Part shown: positions 19,387-27,612 of the stretch, piece after piece
How positions within the stretch are numbered: the stretch's first letter is position 1
How the letters are laid out: every line of letters starts with the position of its first letter
NCBI GenBank assembly: GCA_965228895.1
Contig: OZ245842.1
Location: 1,632,001 to 1,696,000, forward strand
From: Alphaproteobacteria bacterium
GTDB taxonomy: Bacteria; Pseudomonadota; Alphaproteobacteria; SP197
Direction: 5' to 3'
Length of the DNA: 64,000 bases
Program-made: the position numbers and the translations under genes
The notes under the pieces: generated by a model
What the model saw: only the letters and a program-made list of their open reading frames with translations
Told to the model about the DNA's origin: nothing
The model's database searches: none

Positions 19387-20646
19387 ATGGCCATGACTCC
19401 CATAGACAGCCTCGAAACCATCGTCAGCCACGGCCTGTGCATCGGCTGTGGTCTGTGCGAAAGCCTGGCCGGTGCCGATGCGGTCGAGATGGCGATCACG
19501 TCCTATGGTCAGATGCGGCCCCACGTGAAGCAGGCACCCGACGATGACATCATGGCGGCGATCAAGGCCGTTTGTCCCGGCATTGTCGTGAACGGACCCG
19601 ACCCGGCCAATGCCGGTGAGCACGGGGTCATGCACGATATCTGGGGGCCGATCCGCACGATGACGCGCGGCTGGTCCACGGACGAGGAACTGCGCTTCCG
19701 CTCCGCCGCCGGTGGCGCCATGACGGCGCTCGGCTGTTACATGCTGGAGAAGGGTATGGTCGATGCGGTCGTCCATGTACGCGCTTCAGCGACAAGCCCG
19801 ATGGAGACGGACGCTCTGATCAGCCGCACGCCCGAGGAGGTGCGGTCGGGGGCGCAGTCCCGCTATGGACCCGCCGCACCGCTGCGTCATGTCAAGCAGC
19901 TTTTGGACGACGGCCTGACCTTCGCCGTGCTCGGCAAGCCGTGTGACTGCGCGGCGATCCGGAACCTGGCCGCGGTCGATCCGCGGGTCGAAAGGCAGAT
20001 CCCCTATCTCGTCACCATCTTCTGCGGTGGCGTGCCGACGCGCCATACCGCCAGCAAGATCGTTCGTTACCACGGCCTCGACGACGATGATGTCGAGGTC
20101 TTCCGCTGGCGCGGCAACGGCTGGCCTGGCCCGACCCATATCGAAACGACGGACGGCAAGGCCTATGACCTGACCTATGATAAGGTCTGGTACAGCGACG
20201 ATGTGCCGTGGACCTATGACATCCAGTTCCGTTGCAAGATCTGTCCCGACGCCATCGGTGAACTGGCCGATGTCAGTTGCCCGGACTCCTGGGTCATGGT
20301 TGATGACAAGCCGATCCACGAGGAGGCGCCCGGCGCCAATCTTTTCATTGCGCGTACCAAGGCGGGCGAGGATTTGATCGCGGCGGCCATCGCCGACGGC
20401 GCGATCGCGGTCGAGCCCTTTGGTGTCGACGAACTCGACCTGCAGCATGCCGACCATGTGACGCGCAAGATCGAAAATCCGGCACGGGTGCGCGGCATCG
20501 AGAAAGAGGTAGAGCCGGCGCCCCGGTTCACGCGGTTCCGCAGCGCCCGCATGGCCGAGATGGCGGGCGTCGAACGGGACCGTGCGGCCGAGGAGGGCAC
20601 GCGCGAACGCATCCGGCGCGGCGCCAACCGGGAACCTCTGACATGA
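19387..20646 (+). CDS. FrhB/FdhB (coenzyme F420 hydrogenase beta subunit) family Fe-S flavoprotein
   Basis: CIGCGLC ferredoxin motif, SAAGGAMT, SRY, GKPCD, IFCGG, RCKICPD..GELADV. Confidence 0.88.
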   Translation: MAMTPIDSLETIVSHGLCIGCGLCESLAGADAVEMAITSYGQMRPHVKQAPDDDIMAAIKAVCPGIVVNGPDPANAGEHGVMHDIWGPIRTMTRGWSTDEELRFRSAAGGAMTALGCYMLEKGMVDAVVHVRASATSPMETDALISRTPEEVRSGAQSRYGPAAPLRHVKQLLDDGLTFAVLGKPCDCAAIRNLAAVDPRVERQIPYLVTIFCGGVPTRHTASKIVRYHGLDDDDVEVFRWRGNGWPGPTHIETTDGKAYDLTYDKVWYSDDVPWTYDIQFRCKICPDAIGELADVSCPDSWVMVDDKPIHEEAPGANLFIARTKAGEDLIAAAIADGAIAVEPFGVDELDLQHADHVTRKIENPARVRGIEKEVEPAPRFTRFRSARMAEMAGVERDRAAEEGTRERIRRGANREPLT

Positions 20647-20703
20647 TGGACGCCGGCCGGGCGCGGTGACACGATCCCGGCAGTAAGAAGGGAAGGATTG
20701 ACC

Positions 20704-22206
20704 ATGGCTCGTATCGCCGTCGGCGGTTTTCAACACGAAACCAACACGTTCTCGCCGACCCTGGCGACGCTCGAGGAGTTCGAGAAACACGACGGCTGGC
20801 CGGGCCTCACTCGTGGCGACGCGCTGTTCGACGCGGTCGCCGGTATCAACATCCCGATTGAGGGTTTCATTCAGGCGGCCAAAGAGGACGGCCACGATCT
20901 CGTGCCTTTGGCCTGGGGTTCGGCCGAGCCGTCCTCCTATGTCACCGAAGACGCGTTCGAGACGATCACCGGCATGTTGTGCGAAGACCTCGCCGCCAAG
21001 GGACCGTTCGACGCGGTCTATCTGGACCTGCATGGTGCGATGGCGGTCGAGCATCATGAGGACGGCGAGGGCGAGACGCTGGCGCGCGTGCGCGATGTCG
21101 TGGGCTTCGACATTCCCGTCGTCAATAGCCTCGACCTCCACGCCAACGTCACCGAGCGTATGGTTCAGATGTCGTCGGTGATGACGATTTTCCGCACCTA
21201 TCCGCATATCGACATGGATGTCACGGCGATGCGGGCCTACCGCCAGCTCCAGCGCCTGTTGGCCGGCGAGACCATGGCGAAGGCGTTCCGCAAGGCACCG
21301 TTTCTGGTGCCGTTGACGGCGCAGTGGACGGATGCACCGCCCAACCGCGCGCTCTACGACATGGTGATGGCCGAAGAACTCGATGGCGTCGCCAATGTCG
21401 ATCTGGCGCTCGCGTTCCCGCCGGCGGATATCCGCGATTGTGGTCCCGCGGTGGTTGCCTATGACCCCGATCCCGAACGTGCGGCGGCGGTCGCCGACCG
21501 CGTGATCGGCGCGTTCAACGATGCCGAACCCGACTTCGACAACGCTCTGTTGTCACCGGACGAAGCGGTGCAGCGTGCTATGGGTAACGGCGCCGGACCG
21601 GTCGTGTTGGCCGACGCGCAAGACAATCCCGGCGCCGGCGGCACATCCGACACGGTCGGCGTTCTCGAATCTCTCGTGCGCAACGGTGCGCAGAAGGCAT
21701 CGATCGCGCTGCTCAACGATCCCGAGGTCGCCATGATGGCGCACCAGGCCGGCGAGGGCGCTGTCTTGAGCGTTGATCTCGGCGGCAAGTCTGGTCAGGA
21801 CGGCCAGGCGCCTTTCAACGGTGATTTCCGGGTCGAGCGGCTTGGCGACGGGGTCTTTGAATGCACGGGCGAAATGTATCGCGGCGTGACGACCAATCTG
21901 GGACCCATGGCGCTCTTGAAGGTGGCCGGCGCCGACTGCGATGTCAGCGTCGTCGTGTCGTCGAGCCGGTTTCAGAATCTGGATCAGGCATGCTTTCGGC
22001 ATATCGGCGTGGAACCAACCGAACAGCAGATCCTGGTGGTGAAGAGCACCGTCCACTACCGCGCAGACTATGATCCGATTGCTGCCGCCACGTTGACGGT
22101 CGAAGCGCCGGGCGCCCATCCCTGTCGGCTGACCGAATTGCCGTACAAGCATTTGCGCGAAGGCGTGCGTCTGGAGCCGATGGGACCGGAACATCGCGTC
22201 TCATAG
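20704..22206 (+). CDS. M81 family metallopeptidase (MlrC-like)
   Basis: GGFQHETNTF, LDLHGAM, DGEG, DLHANV, TYPHID, DNPGAGG, VVKS..H. Confidence 0.92.
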   Translation: MARIAVGGFQHETNTFSPTLATLEEFEKHDGWPGLTRGDALFDAVAGINIPIEGFIQAAKEDGHDLVPLAWGSAEPSSYVTEDAFETITGMLCEDLAAKGPFDAVYLDLHGAMAVEHHEDGEGETLARVRDVVGFDIPVVNSLDLHANVTERMVQMSSVMTIFRTYPHIDMDVTAMRAYRQLQRLLAGETMAKAFRKAPFLVPLTAQWTDAPPNRALYDMVMAEELDGVANVDLALAFPPADIRDCGPAVVAYDPDPERAAAVADRVIGAFNDAEPDFDNALLSPDEAVQRAMGNGAGPVVLADAQDNPGAGGTSDTVGVLESLVRNGAQKASIALLNDPEVAMMAHQAGEGAVLSVDLGGKSGQDGQAPFNGDFRVERLGDGVFECTGEMYRGVTTNLGPMALLKVAGADCDVSVVVSSSRFQNLDQACFRHIGVEPTEQQILVVKSTVHYRADYDPIAAATLTVEAPGAHPCRLTELPYKHLREGVRLEPMGPEHRVS

Positions 22207-22229
22207 CGTGCAAGAAGGGGAGGGACTGA

Positions 22230-22979
22230 ATGACCAAGACCATCATTGTGACCGGCGCCAGCCGTGGCATCGGCGCTGCCATCGCGGCCGGTGCGGGCGC
22301 GCGCGGTTGGCGCGTCTGCGTCAACTACAACAGCTCACCGGATAAGGCCGACGTGGTCGCCGGTGCCGTCGAAAGCGCTGGCGGTGAAGCCATCACGTTC
22401 AAGGCGAGCATGGGCGTCGAGGATGAACTGGTCGCCATGTATCGGGCGGTCGATGACAAGTGGGGCACGCTCGACGGCGTTTGCAACAATGCCGGCATCG
22501 ATCATGAAGCGGACTTTGCCGACACCACGTGGGAGAACTACCTGAAGGTCTTCGACGTCAACATCCTCGGCGTGATGGCGAGTTGCCGCGAGGCCATTCG
22601 CCGGATGGCCACGTCGAAGGGCGGCAGCGGCGGATCGATCGTCAATATCGGGTCGATCTCAGCCCGAACGGGCGGCCTGCCCGGCGATGTCATCTATACG
22701 GCGACCAAAGGGGCCGTCGATTCGTTCACGCTGGGGCTGGCCAAGGAAGTCGGCCCCGATGGCATCCGCGTGACCTGTGTCCGGCCCGGGGTTATCCGAA
22801 CGGATATCTTCTCCGGCAACGCGTACGGGTTGGAGAAAGTCGAGGAACTCGCCCGCAAGAACGCCCCGCTGCAGCGCATTGGCGAACCTCACGAAGTCGC
22901 GGCCATGGCGCTTTTCCTGCTGTCTGACGAGGCGTCATACTGTACGGGCATGACCTATGACGTGAACGGCGGGCGCTAA
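22230..22979 (+). CDS. short-chain dehydrogenase/reductase
   Basis: TGASRGIG, NNAG, YTATK, RPG. Confidence 0.93.
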   Translation: MTKTIIVTGASRGIGAAIAAGAGARGWRVCVNYNSSPDKADVVAGAVESAGGEAITFKASMGVEDELVAMYRAVDDKWGTLDGVCNNAGIDHEADFADTTWENYLKVFDVNILGVMASCREAIRRMATSKGGSGGSIVNIGSISARTGGLPGDVIYTATKGAVDSFTLGLAKEVGPDGIRVTCVRPGVIRTDIFSGNAYGLEKVEELARKNAPLQRIGEPHEVAAMALFLLSDEASYCTGMTYDVNGGR

Positions 22980-23083
22980 GGGGTGAAGTGAATGGCGCCG
23001 GAGGCGGCCGGCATCGCCTATCACACTGATACCAATGAATAATTGACCCGCGCCGGTGCGCCGGACATGGTGATGACCTATAG

Positions 23084-23100
23084 TGTGAGCTGCACTCACA
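23084..23100. promoter_or_regulatory. palindromic operator-like site
   Basis: TGTGAG-N5-CTCACA directly after a TATAGT -10-like hexamer, 28 nt before the lipoprotein ATG. Confidence 0.45.
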
Positions 23101-23128
23101 GAAAAGAATTTAGAGAGCCGAGACGACA

Positions 23129-23983
23129 ATGATCAAAAGAAGCCTGCTAGGGGCCATCATCGTAACCGCTGCCGGGGCCTTGGCGGCGTGCCAATCATCG
23201 CCGGGCCAAACGCCGCCGATCGGACAGTTCTATGCCGGCGACGACGGCACCGAGACGGTCGGCTTGTTCGAGCAGGGGTTCGATCAGGCGGTCGAGGATC
23301 CTGCTGAGACGATCTTCATCATCTATAACCACGGAACCTATTGGGGCGCCGGCTACGAGGACTGCCTGCCGGGCACCATGCCGAGTTTTGTTCGCCGTTG
23401 GGGCGAACACGGTATCGATGGCCGCGACGTCACCGTCTTCTATCTGTGCACTCAGGTGACCGAGAAACGTTTCGTCTTGGGCCGCCAGAGGTCGGAGGAA
23501 AACGAGGCGCTTCTGGACCGGCTCGCTGCGCACGGGGTGCCGACCGAGCACATTTTCGTCTTTGGCCATTCCGGTGGCGCGAGCGCGGCCCTGTTGACCG
23601 CCGAGCGTGCCCAGGAAAAATTCAACGCCGCTGTTGTCAGTGCGCCCGGTTACGGCTTTGCCTATCTGGAGGCGGAGGGCGAGTCCGGTACCTGGCTCGA
23701 CCTCGAGTACGACAAGTGGCGCACCCGTCTGGCCACCGCCGATGACATTCAGGCGCTGGTCTACGTCTATGAGGGCGACATCATCACGCCGCCGGCCCAG
23801 GCGCTGTTTCTGCGCGACCATGCCGGGGTTCGGATGGTCCAGATCGAGGCGCCTGGCGCTGACGGCATCCTGTGCAAGGACGAGCCGGAGCCGCACTTTT
23901 ATTGGTGGAGTGCGTGCTTCAAGCGCGATCAGGTCGAGGTCGTCGAAGCCTATATCAGGGAACAGCTCGACCTCGGCGGTTGA
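23129..23983 (+). CDS. alpha/beta-hydrolase-fold lipoprotein
   Basis: Signal peptide with LAAC lipobox; NHG oxyanion motif, GHSGGA nucleophile elbow, candidate Asp (EGD) and His (EPH). Confidence 0.75.
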   Translation: MIKRSLLGAIIVTAAGALAACQSSPGQTPPIGQFYAGDDGTETVGLFEQGFDQAVEDPAETIFIIYNHGTYWGAGYEDCLPGTMPSFVRRWGEHGIDGRDVTVFYLCTQVTEKRFVLGRQRSEENEALLDRLAAHGVPTEHIFVFGHSGGASAALLTAERAQEKFNAAVVSAPGYGFAYLEAEGESGTWLDLEYDKWRTRLATADDIQALVYVYEGDIITPPAQALFLRDHAGVRMVQIEAPGADGILCKDEPEPHFYWWSACFKRDQVEVVEAYIREQLDLGG

Positions 23984-24009
23984 ACGACGCTTCTATGGCA
24001 ATGGCGCGC

Positions 24010-24438
24010 CTATTCGGCGGCGTCGCTGTCCTCGTTTGATGAACTCTCATCGAGAACCAGCGCGGCCGAGTTCAGGCAGTAGCGCTGCCCCGTCGGCTGC
24101 GGACCATCGGGAAAGACGTGGCCAAGATGCGCGTCACAGCGGCTGCACAGCACTTCCGTGCGCGGCATGAAGAAGAGACTGCGATCGGTCTCCGTCGCCA
24201 CGACCTCGTCTGAGACAGGCTCATAAAAGCTTGGCCATCCGGTGCCGGAGTCATACTTCGTTTCGGAAGCGAAGAGCGCCTGGCCGCAGCAGATGCAGCG
24301 GTAGGTGCCCTGCTTCTTGCTGTCGTGATACTTGCCCGTGAAGGCGCGCTCGGTGCCCTTAAGCCGGGTCACGTTGTAGGATTCCGGTGACAGCTCGCGC
24401 TGCCACTCAGTCTCTGTCTTGACGACCTTGTCCGTCAT
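24010..24438 (-). CDS. msrB: peptide-methionine (R)-S-oxide reductase
   Basis: [39 protein letters not shown]. Confidence 0.96.
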   Translation of the reverse strand: MTDKVVKTETEWQRELSPESYNVTRLKGTERAFTGKYHDSKKQGTYRCICCGQALFASETKYDSGTGWPSFYEPVSDEVVATETDRSLFFMPRTEVLCSRCDAHLGHVFPDGPQPTGQRYCLNSAALVLDESSSNEDSDAAE

Positions 24439-24464
24439 CGCATGTCTCCTGAGTTCCACTGCTG

Positions 24465-24493
24465 GATATGGCCCGCGAAAGACGGCGCGTCAA
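24465..24493 (-). promoter_or_regulatory. putative msrB promoter (RpoH/sigma70-type)
   Basis: Minus strand TTGACG-N17-CATATC, the same hexamers as the groES promoter. Confidence 0.6.
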
Positions 24494-24550
24494 CGCCGTG
24501 CACACAGCCGTGATCCCGCCTGGATCGTTTTTTGTTCGCACGGTCTCCGC

Positions 24551-24621
24551 GCCAGCCCACTCCCCCGCCCGGCCACCCATGGCAGTATCCTCGGGGTGGT
24601 CGGGCGGGGGAGTGGGCTGGC
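24551..24621. repeat. 28-bp GC-rich inverted repeat (REP/MITE-like palindrome)
   Basis: GCCAGCCCACTCCCCCGCCCGGCCACCC - 15 nt loop - GGGTGGTCGGGCGGGGGAGTGGGCTGGC, one G-T mismatch. Confidence 0.9.
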
Positions 24622-24645
24622 AAAGCGGATTGTTCCGAAAGCGAT

Positions 24646-25548
24646 CTAGCCACTGTGCTGCGACAGGAACCCCTCAAGGATTGGAAAGTAGGTGTCCGGT
24701 TGCTCATAGGACGTCATGTGGGCGGCGTTGGCGATCACGTGGATCTCGCTAGTCGGTATGTGCTGATGCATGCGCATGGAGCACGACGGCGTCAGCTCAT
24801 CGTGCTCGCCGACGATGATCAGTACCGGCGCCTCGATGCGGGCGAGATCGGCAAGACGATTCCAGTCCTTCAGGTTGCCCGTGCACTGAAACTCGCTGGC
24901 GCCCCACATATGGCCGTAGATCGCCATCTCGATGTTGTCCATGGAGCGCTTGAACGGCGCCGGCAGGGCTTCCATTCGGTGGACATGACGCCAGCTCAGG
25001 ATCTCCAGGGCGGCCGCGTACTCCGGGTGACCGGTCGATCCCTCGGCTTCGCGGCGCAGCATCATGTTGACGGTCTCGCTGCCCAAGGCGGTACGCAGCC
25101 GGTTCTGTTCGGCGAGCAGATGCGGCACGTCGGCCACGGTGTTGGAGAGCGTCAGGCTCTTGATGCCGTCGGGGAAGGTCAGCGCGTGTTCGATGGCCAG
25201 AAAACCGCCCCAGGACTGCCCGAGCACATGAATGCGTCCGAGATCCAAAGCGGTGCGCACCTGATCCATCTCACGCGCGTAGCGTTCGATGGTCCAAAGC
25301 CCGGTATCGACTGGACGTTCGGAGCGGCCGGTGCCCAACTGGTCCCACGTCACGATACGCAGCCCCTTGTCGGCCAAGTGGCTGTGGCCGTCACGCAGGT
25401 AGTCGCAGGGCAGGCCCGGTCCGCCATTGACAAGGAACAGCACCTCGTCGCCTGCGCCAAAGCTGTAGGTCATGACCTCGCCACCCTCGACGGCAACGGA
25501 TGTCATGGCGTCGGGTTGGCGTTCAACGTCGGGAAGCGGTTCGCTCAT
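24646..25548 (-). CDS. proline iminopeptidase / L-amino acid amidase family hydrolase, copy 2
   Basis: NGGPG, DQLGTGRS, GQSWGG, GEHDE, AAH. Confidence 0.9.
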   Translation of the reverse strand: MSEPLPDVERQPDAMTSVAVEGGEVMTYSFGAGDEVLFLVNGGPGLPCDYLRDGHSHLADKGLRIVTWDQLGTGRSERPVDTGLWTIERYAREMDQVRTALDLGRIHVLGQSWGGFLAIEHALTFPDGIKSLTLSNTVADVPHLLAEQNRLRTALGSETVNMMLRREAEGSTGHPEYAAALEILSWRHVHRMEALPAPFKRSMDNIEMAIYGHMWGASEFQCTGNLKDWNRLADLARIEAPVLIIVGEHDELTPSCSMRMHQHIPTSEIHVIANAAHMTSYEQPDTYFPILEGFLSQHSG

Positions 25549-25552
25549 GACG

Positions 25553-26455
25553 TCATCCCTTATTCTCAGCCAGGAAATCTTCGAGCACGCTGAAATAGGC
25601 CGTGGGGTCCTCGAAGCAGGTGGAATGGGAGGTGTTCGGGAACACCGTGAGGCGGCTGTTCGGCAGGGCATGGTGCATCTTCATGGCGCAGGCCGGCGTC
25701 AATTCGTCGTGCTCACCGACAATGATCAGCGTCGGTCGGTCGATGCCCGGCATGTCGGGGATGCGATTCCAGTCTTTCAAGTTGCCCGTGTAAACGAACT
25801 CGTTCGGTCCCTGCATGATGTTGTAGATGTCGAACACCATGCCATCCATCGAGCGCTGCAGGGCAGGCGGGATGGTGTCGAGACGATGAACGTGGCGCCA
25901 GTCCAACAGCGCGACTGCCGCTTTGTATTCGGGATGGCCGATCGTGCCTTCGGCTTCGCGGCGCAGCATCATGGTGACTGTCTCGGGCCCGAGCGCCGAA
26001 CGCAGACGGTTGAGTTCACTGACAAGGTGGGGCAGGTCGCCGGCGGTGTTGGAGAGCACCAACGTCTCGACGCCGTCCATAAAGGTCAGGGCGTACTCAA
26101 TGGCGAGCCAACCGCCCCATGACTGGCCGAGCAGATGTACGGGCCCCAGATCCAGGCCGGTCCTCACGGCTTCAAGTTCGCGCGCGTAGCGCTCGATCGT
26201 CCACAACGCCGGATCGTCAGGCCGATCGGATCGGCCGGTTCCAAGCTGGTCCCAGGTTACGACACGCAAGCCGTCCTTCGCCAAATGACTGTGGCTGTCG
26301 CGCAGATAGTCGCACGGCAAGCCGGGTCCGCCGTTGGCAAGGAACAGGACCTCATCGCCGGTGCCGAAGCTGTAGGTCATGACCTCGCCGCCTTCGACGG
26401 CGATCCGCTCCATGGCGTCGGGTCGGCGTTCAACGCCAGAAAGCGCTTCGGTCAT
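25553..26455 (-). CDS. proline iminopeptidase / L-amino acid amidase family hydrolase, copy 1
   Basis: Same motifs; co-linear close paralogue of 24646..25548. Confidence 0.9.
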   Translation of the reverse strand: MTEALSGVERRPDAMERIAVEGGEVMTYSFGTGDEVLFLANGGPGLPCDYLRDSHSHLAKDGLRVVTWDQLGTGRSDRPDDPALWTIERYARELEAVRTGLDLGPVHLLGQSWGGWLAIEYALTFMDGVETLVLSNTAGDLPHLVSELNRLRSALGPETVTMMLRREAEGTIGHPEYKAAVALLDWRHVHRLDTIPPALQRSMDGMVFDIYNIMQGPNEFVYTGNLKDWNRIPDMPGIDRPTLIIVGEHDELTPACAMKMHHALPNSRLTVFPNTSHSTCFEDPTAYFSVLEDFLAENKG

Positions 26456-26515
26456 GGTGCGTCGTACCTCTTGGCTATGGTGCCGGACCGTCGGAACAAC
26501 GCGTCCTGCCGCTAC

Positions 26516-27523
26516 TCACGACAATCGGTCGCGCGCCAGCGGTGATGTCGAACAGTGAATGCCGCCGCCGCCGCGCCAGACGGCCTCGTAGTCGAGCTGG
26601 ATGACCTCGACACCCGCTTTGTCGAGCTTCTCCAGCGTGCGATCCGACGTCTCGCTCATGATCACGCGGCCCGGCGCGATTGCCAGACAGTTGATGGTGA
26701 AGGGTTCGTCTTCCGGCGACAGTTCGATCAGCCTGACGCCACGCGTCTGGAGCTCCTCCATGAAGGCGAAGGGCAGCAGGATCGGGTTGACTAGGGCGGT
26801 GTCGACATCGAGCATCACGAACATGCCGTCGATGTGCAGGCGAAAACCCGGCACCTGCATGCGCAGCAGTTCGATACCCATGGGTGCCAGAACTTCGTCG
26901 ATCTGACGCGCCGCTTCTTCGTTGACCCGGCTCGAAATGCCGATCACCGCCGTCTTTTCGTTGATCCAGGCAAAGCTGCCGCCTTCGCAGATGCCCGTGC
27001 CGTTGATGGTACGCAGGATCGGCATGCCCAGCTTGGCGAGGGTTCGCGATGCCGGCATCTCCTCGCCGCGCCGTACCCGCGGTCCCAGGCGGCAAACGAT
27101 CGCGCCGCCATCGACAGCGATCACCACGTCGCGCGTGTAGCAGCTTTTCATGCGGCCGGGGGCGCATTCGTCCAGCATGACGACGCGCACCTGATTTTCT
27201 TCCAGCGTCTTGACCAGGGCATCGTGCTGGGCCTGCATGGCCGGAAGGTCGGGCGGTTCCGCGCCGCGCCAATACCATCCGGTTTCGGGGTCGCCATAGG
27301 CGCCGAGCTCGTCGATCTTCTTGTCCGGATCGACGATGTTGAGCTCGTCGCCAGGCCGGTGCATCAGCACCGAGCGCAGGCGGCCGACATCGTTTCGGCA
27401 GCCCCAGACTTGCCCCCAGTTGGATTCCTGTTCCTCTGATGTCTCGAAAGCCGGTTCCGGTTCTGAGGCGAAGGTCTTGATCAACTGGTTATAGCGCACG
27501 TCTTCGGGCGTCATGATCGGCAT
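26516..27523 (-). CDS. amidinotransferase / dimethylarginine dimethylaminohydrolase / ADI (pentein) family protein
   Basis: GRLRSVLMHRPG, YTRD, RRGE, EGGS, HIDG, INCL, GGGIHC. Confidence 0.88.
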   Translation of the reverse strand: MPIMTPEDVRYNQLIKTFASEPEPAFETSEEQESNWGQVWGCRNDVGRLRSVLMHRPGDELNIVDPDKKIDELGAYGDPETGWYWRGAEPPDLPAMQAQHDALVKTLEENQVRVVMLDECAPGRMKSCYTRDVVIAVDGGAIVCRLGPRVRRGEEMPASRTLAKLGMPILRTINGTGICEGGSFAWINEKTAVIGISSRVNEEAARQIDEVLAPMGIELLRMQVPGFRLHIDGMFVMLDVDTALVNPILLPFAFMEELQTRGVRLIELSPEDEPFTINCLAIAPGRVIMSETSDRTLEKLDKAGVEVIQLDYEAVWRGGGGIHCSTSPLARDRLS

Positions 27524-27612
27524 GGGGGTCTATCCTCGCTGACGGTGATACCGCATCGTCGGTGTTGCCCGGCCCCGCGTCAATCGCGGCAAACCAAGAA
27601 ATACGCTAATCG

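Noticed and set aside
19387-20646. F420-reducing hydrogenase
   Set aside because: No NiFe large/small subunit or maturation genes; this is a stand-alone FrhB-family protein
20704-22206. Microcystin degradation (mlr) cluster
   Set aside because: No mlrA, mlrB or mlrD; M81 proteins are widespread
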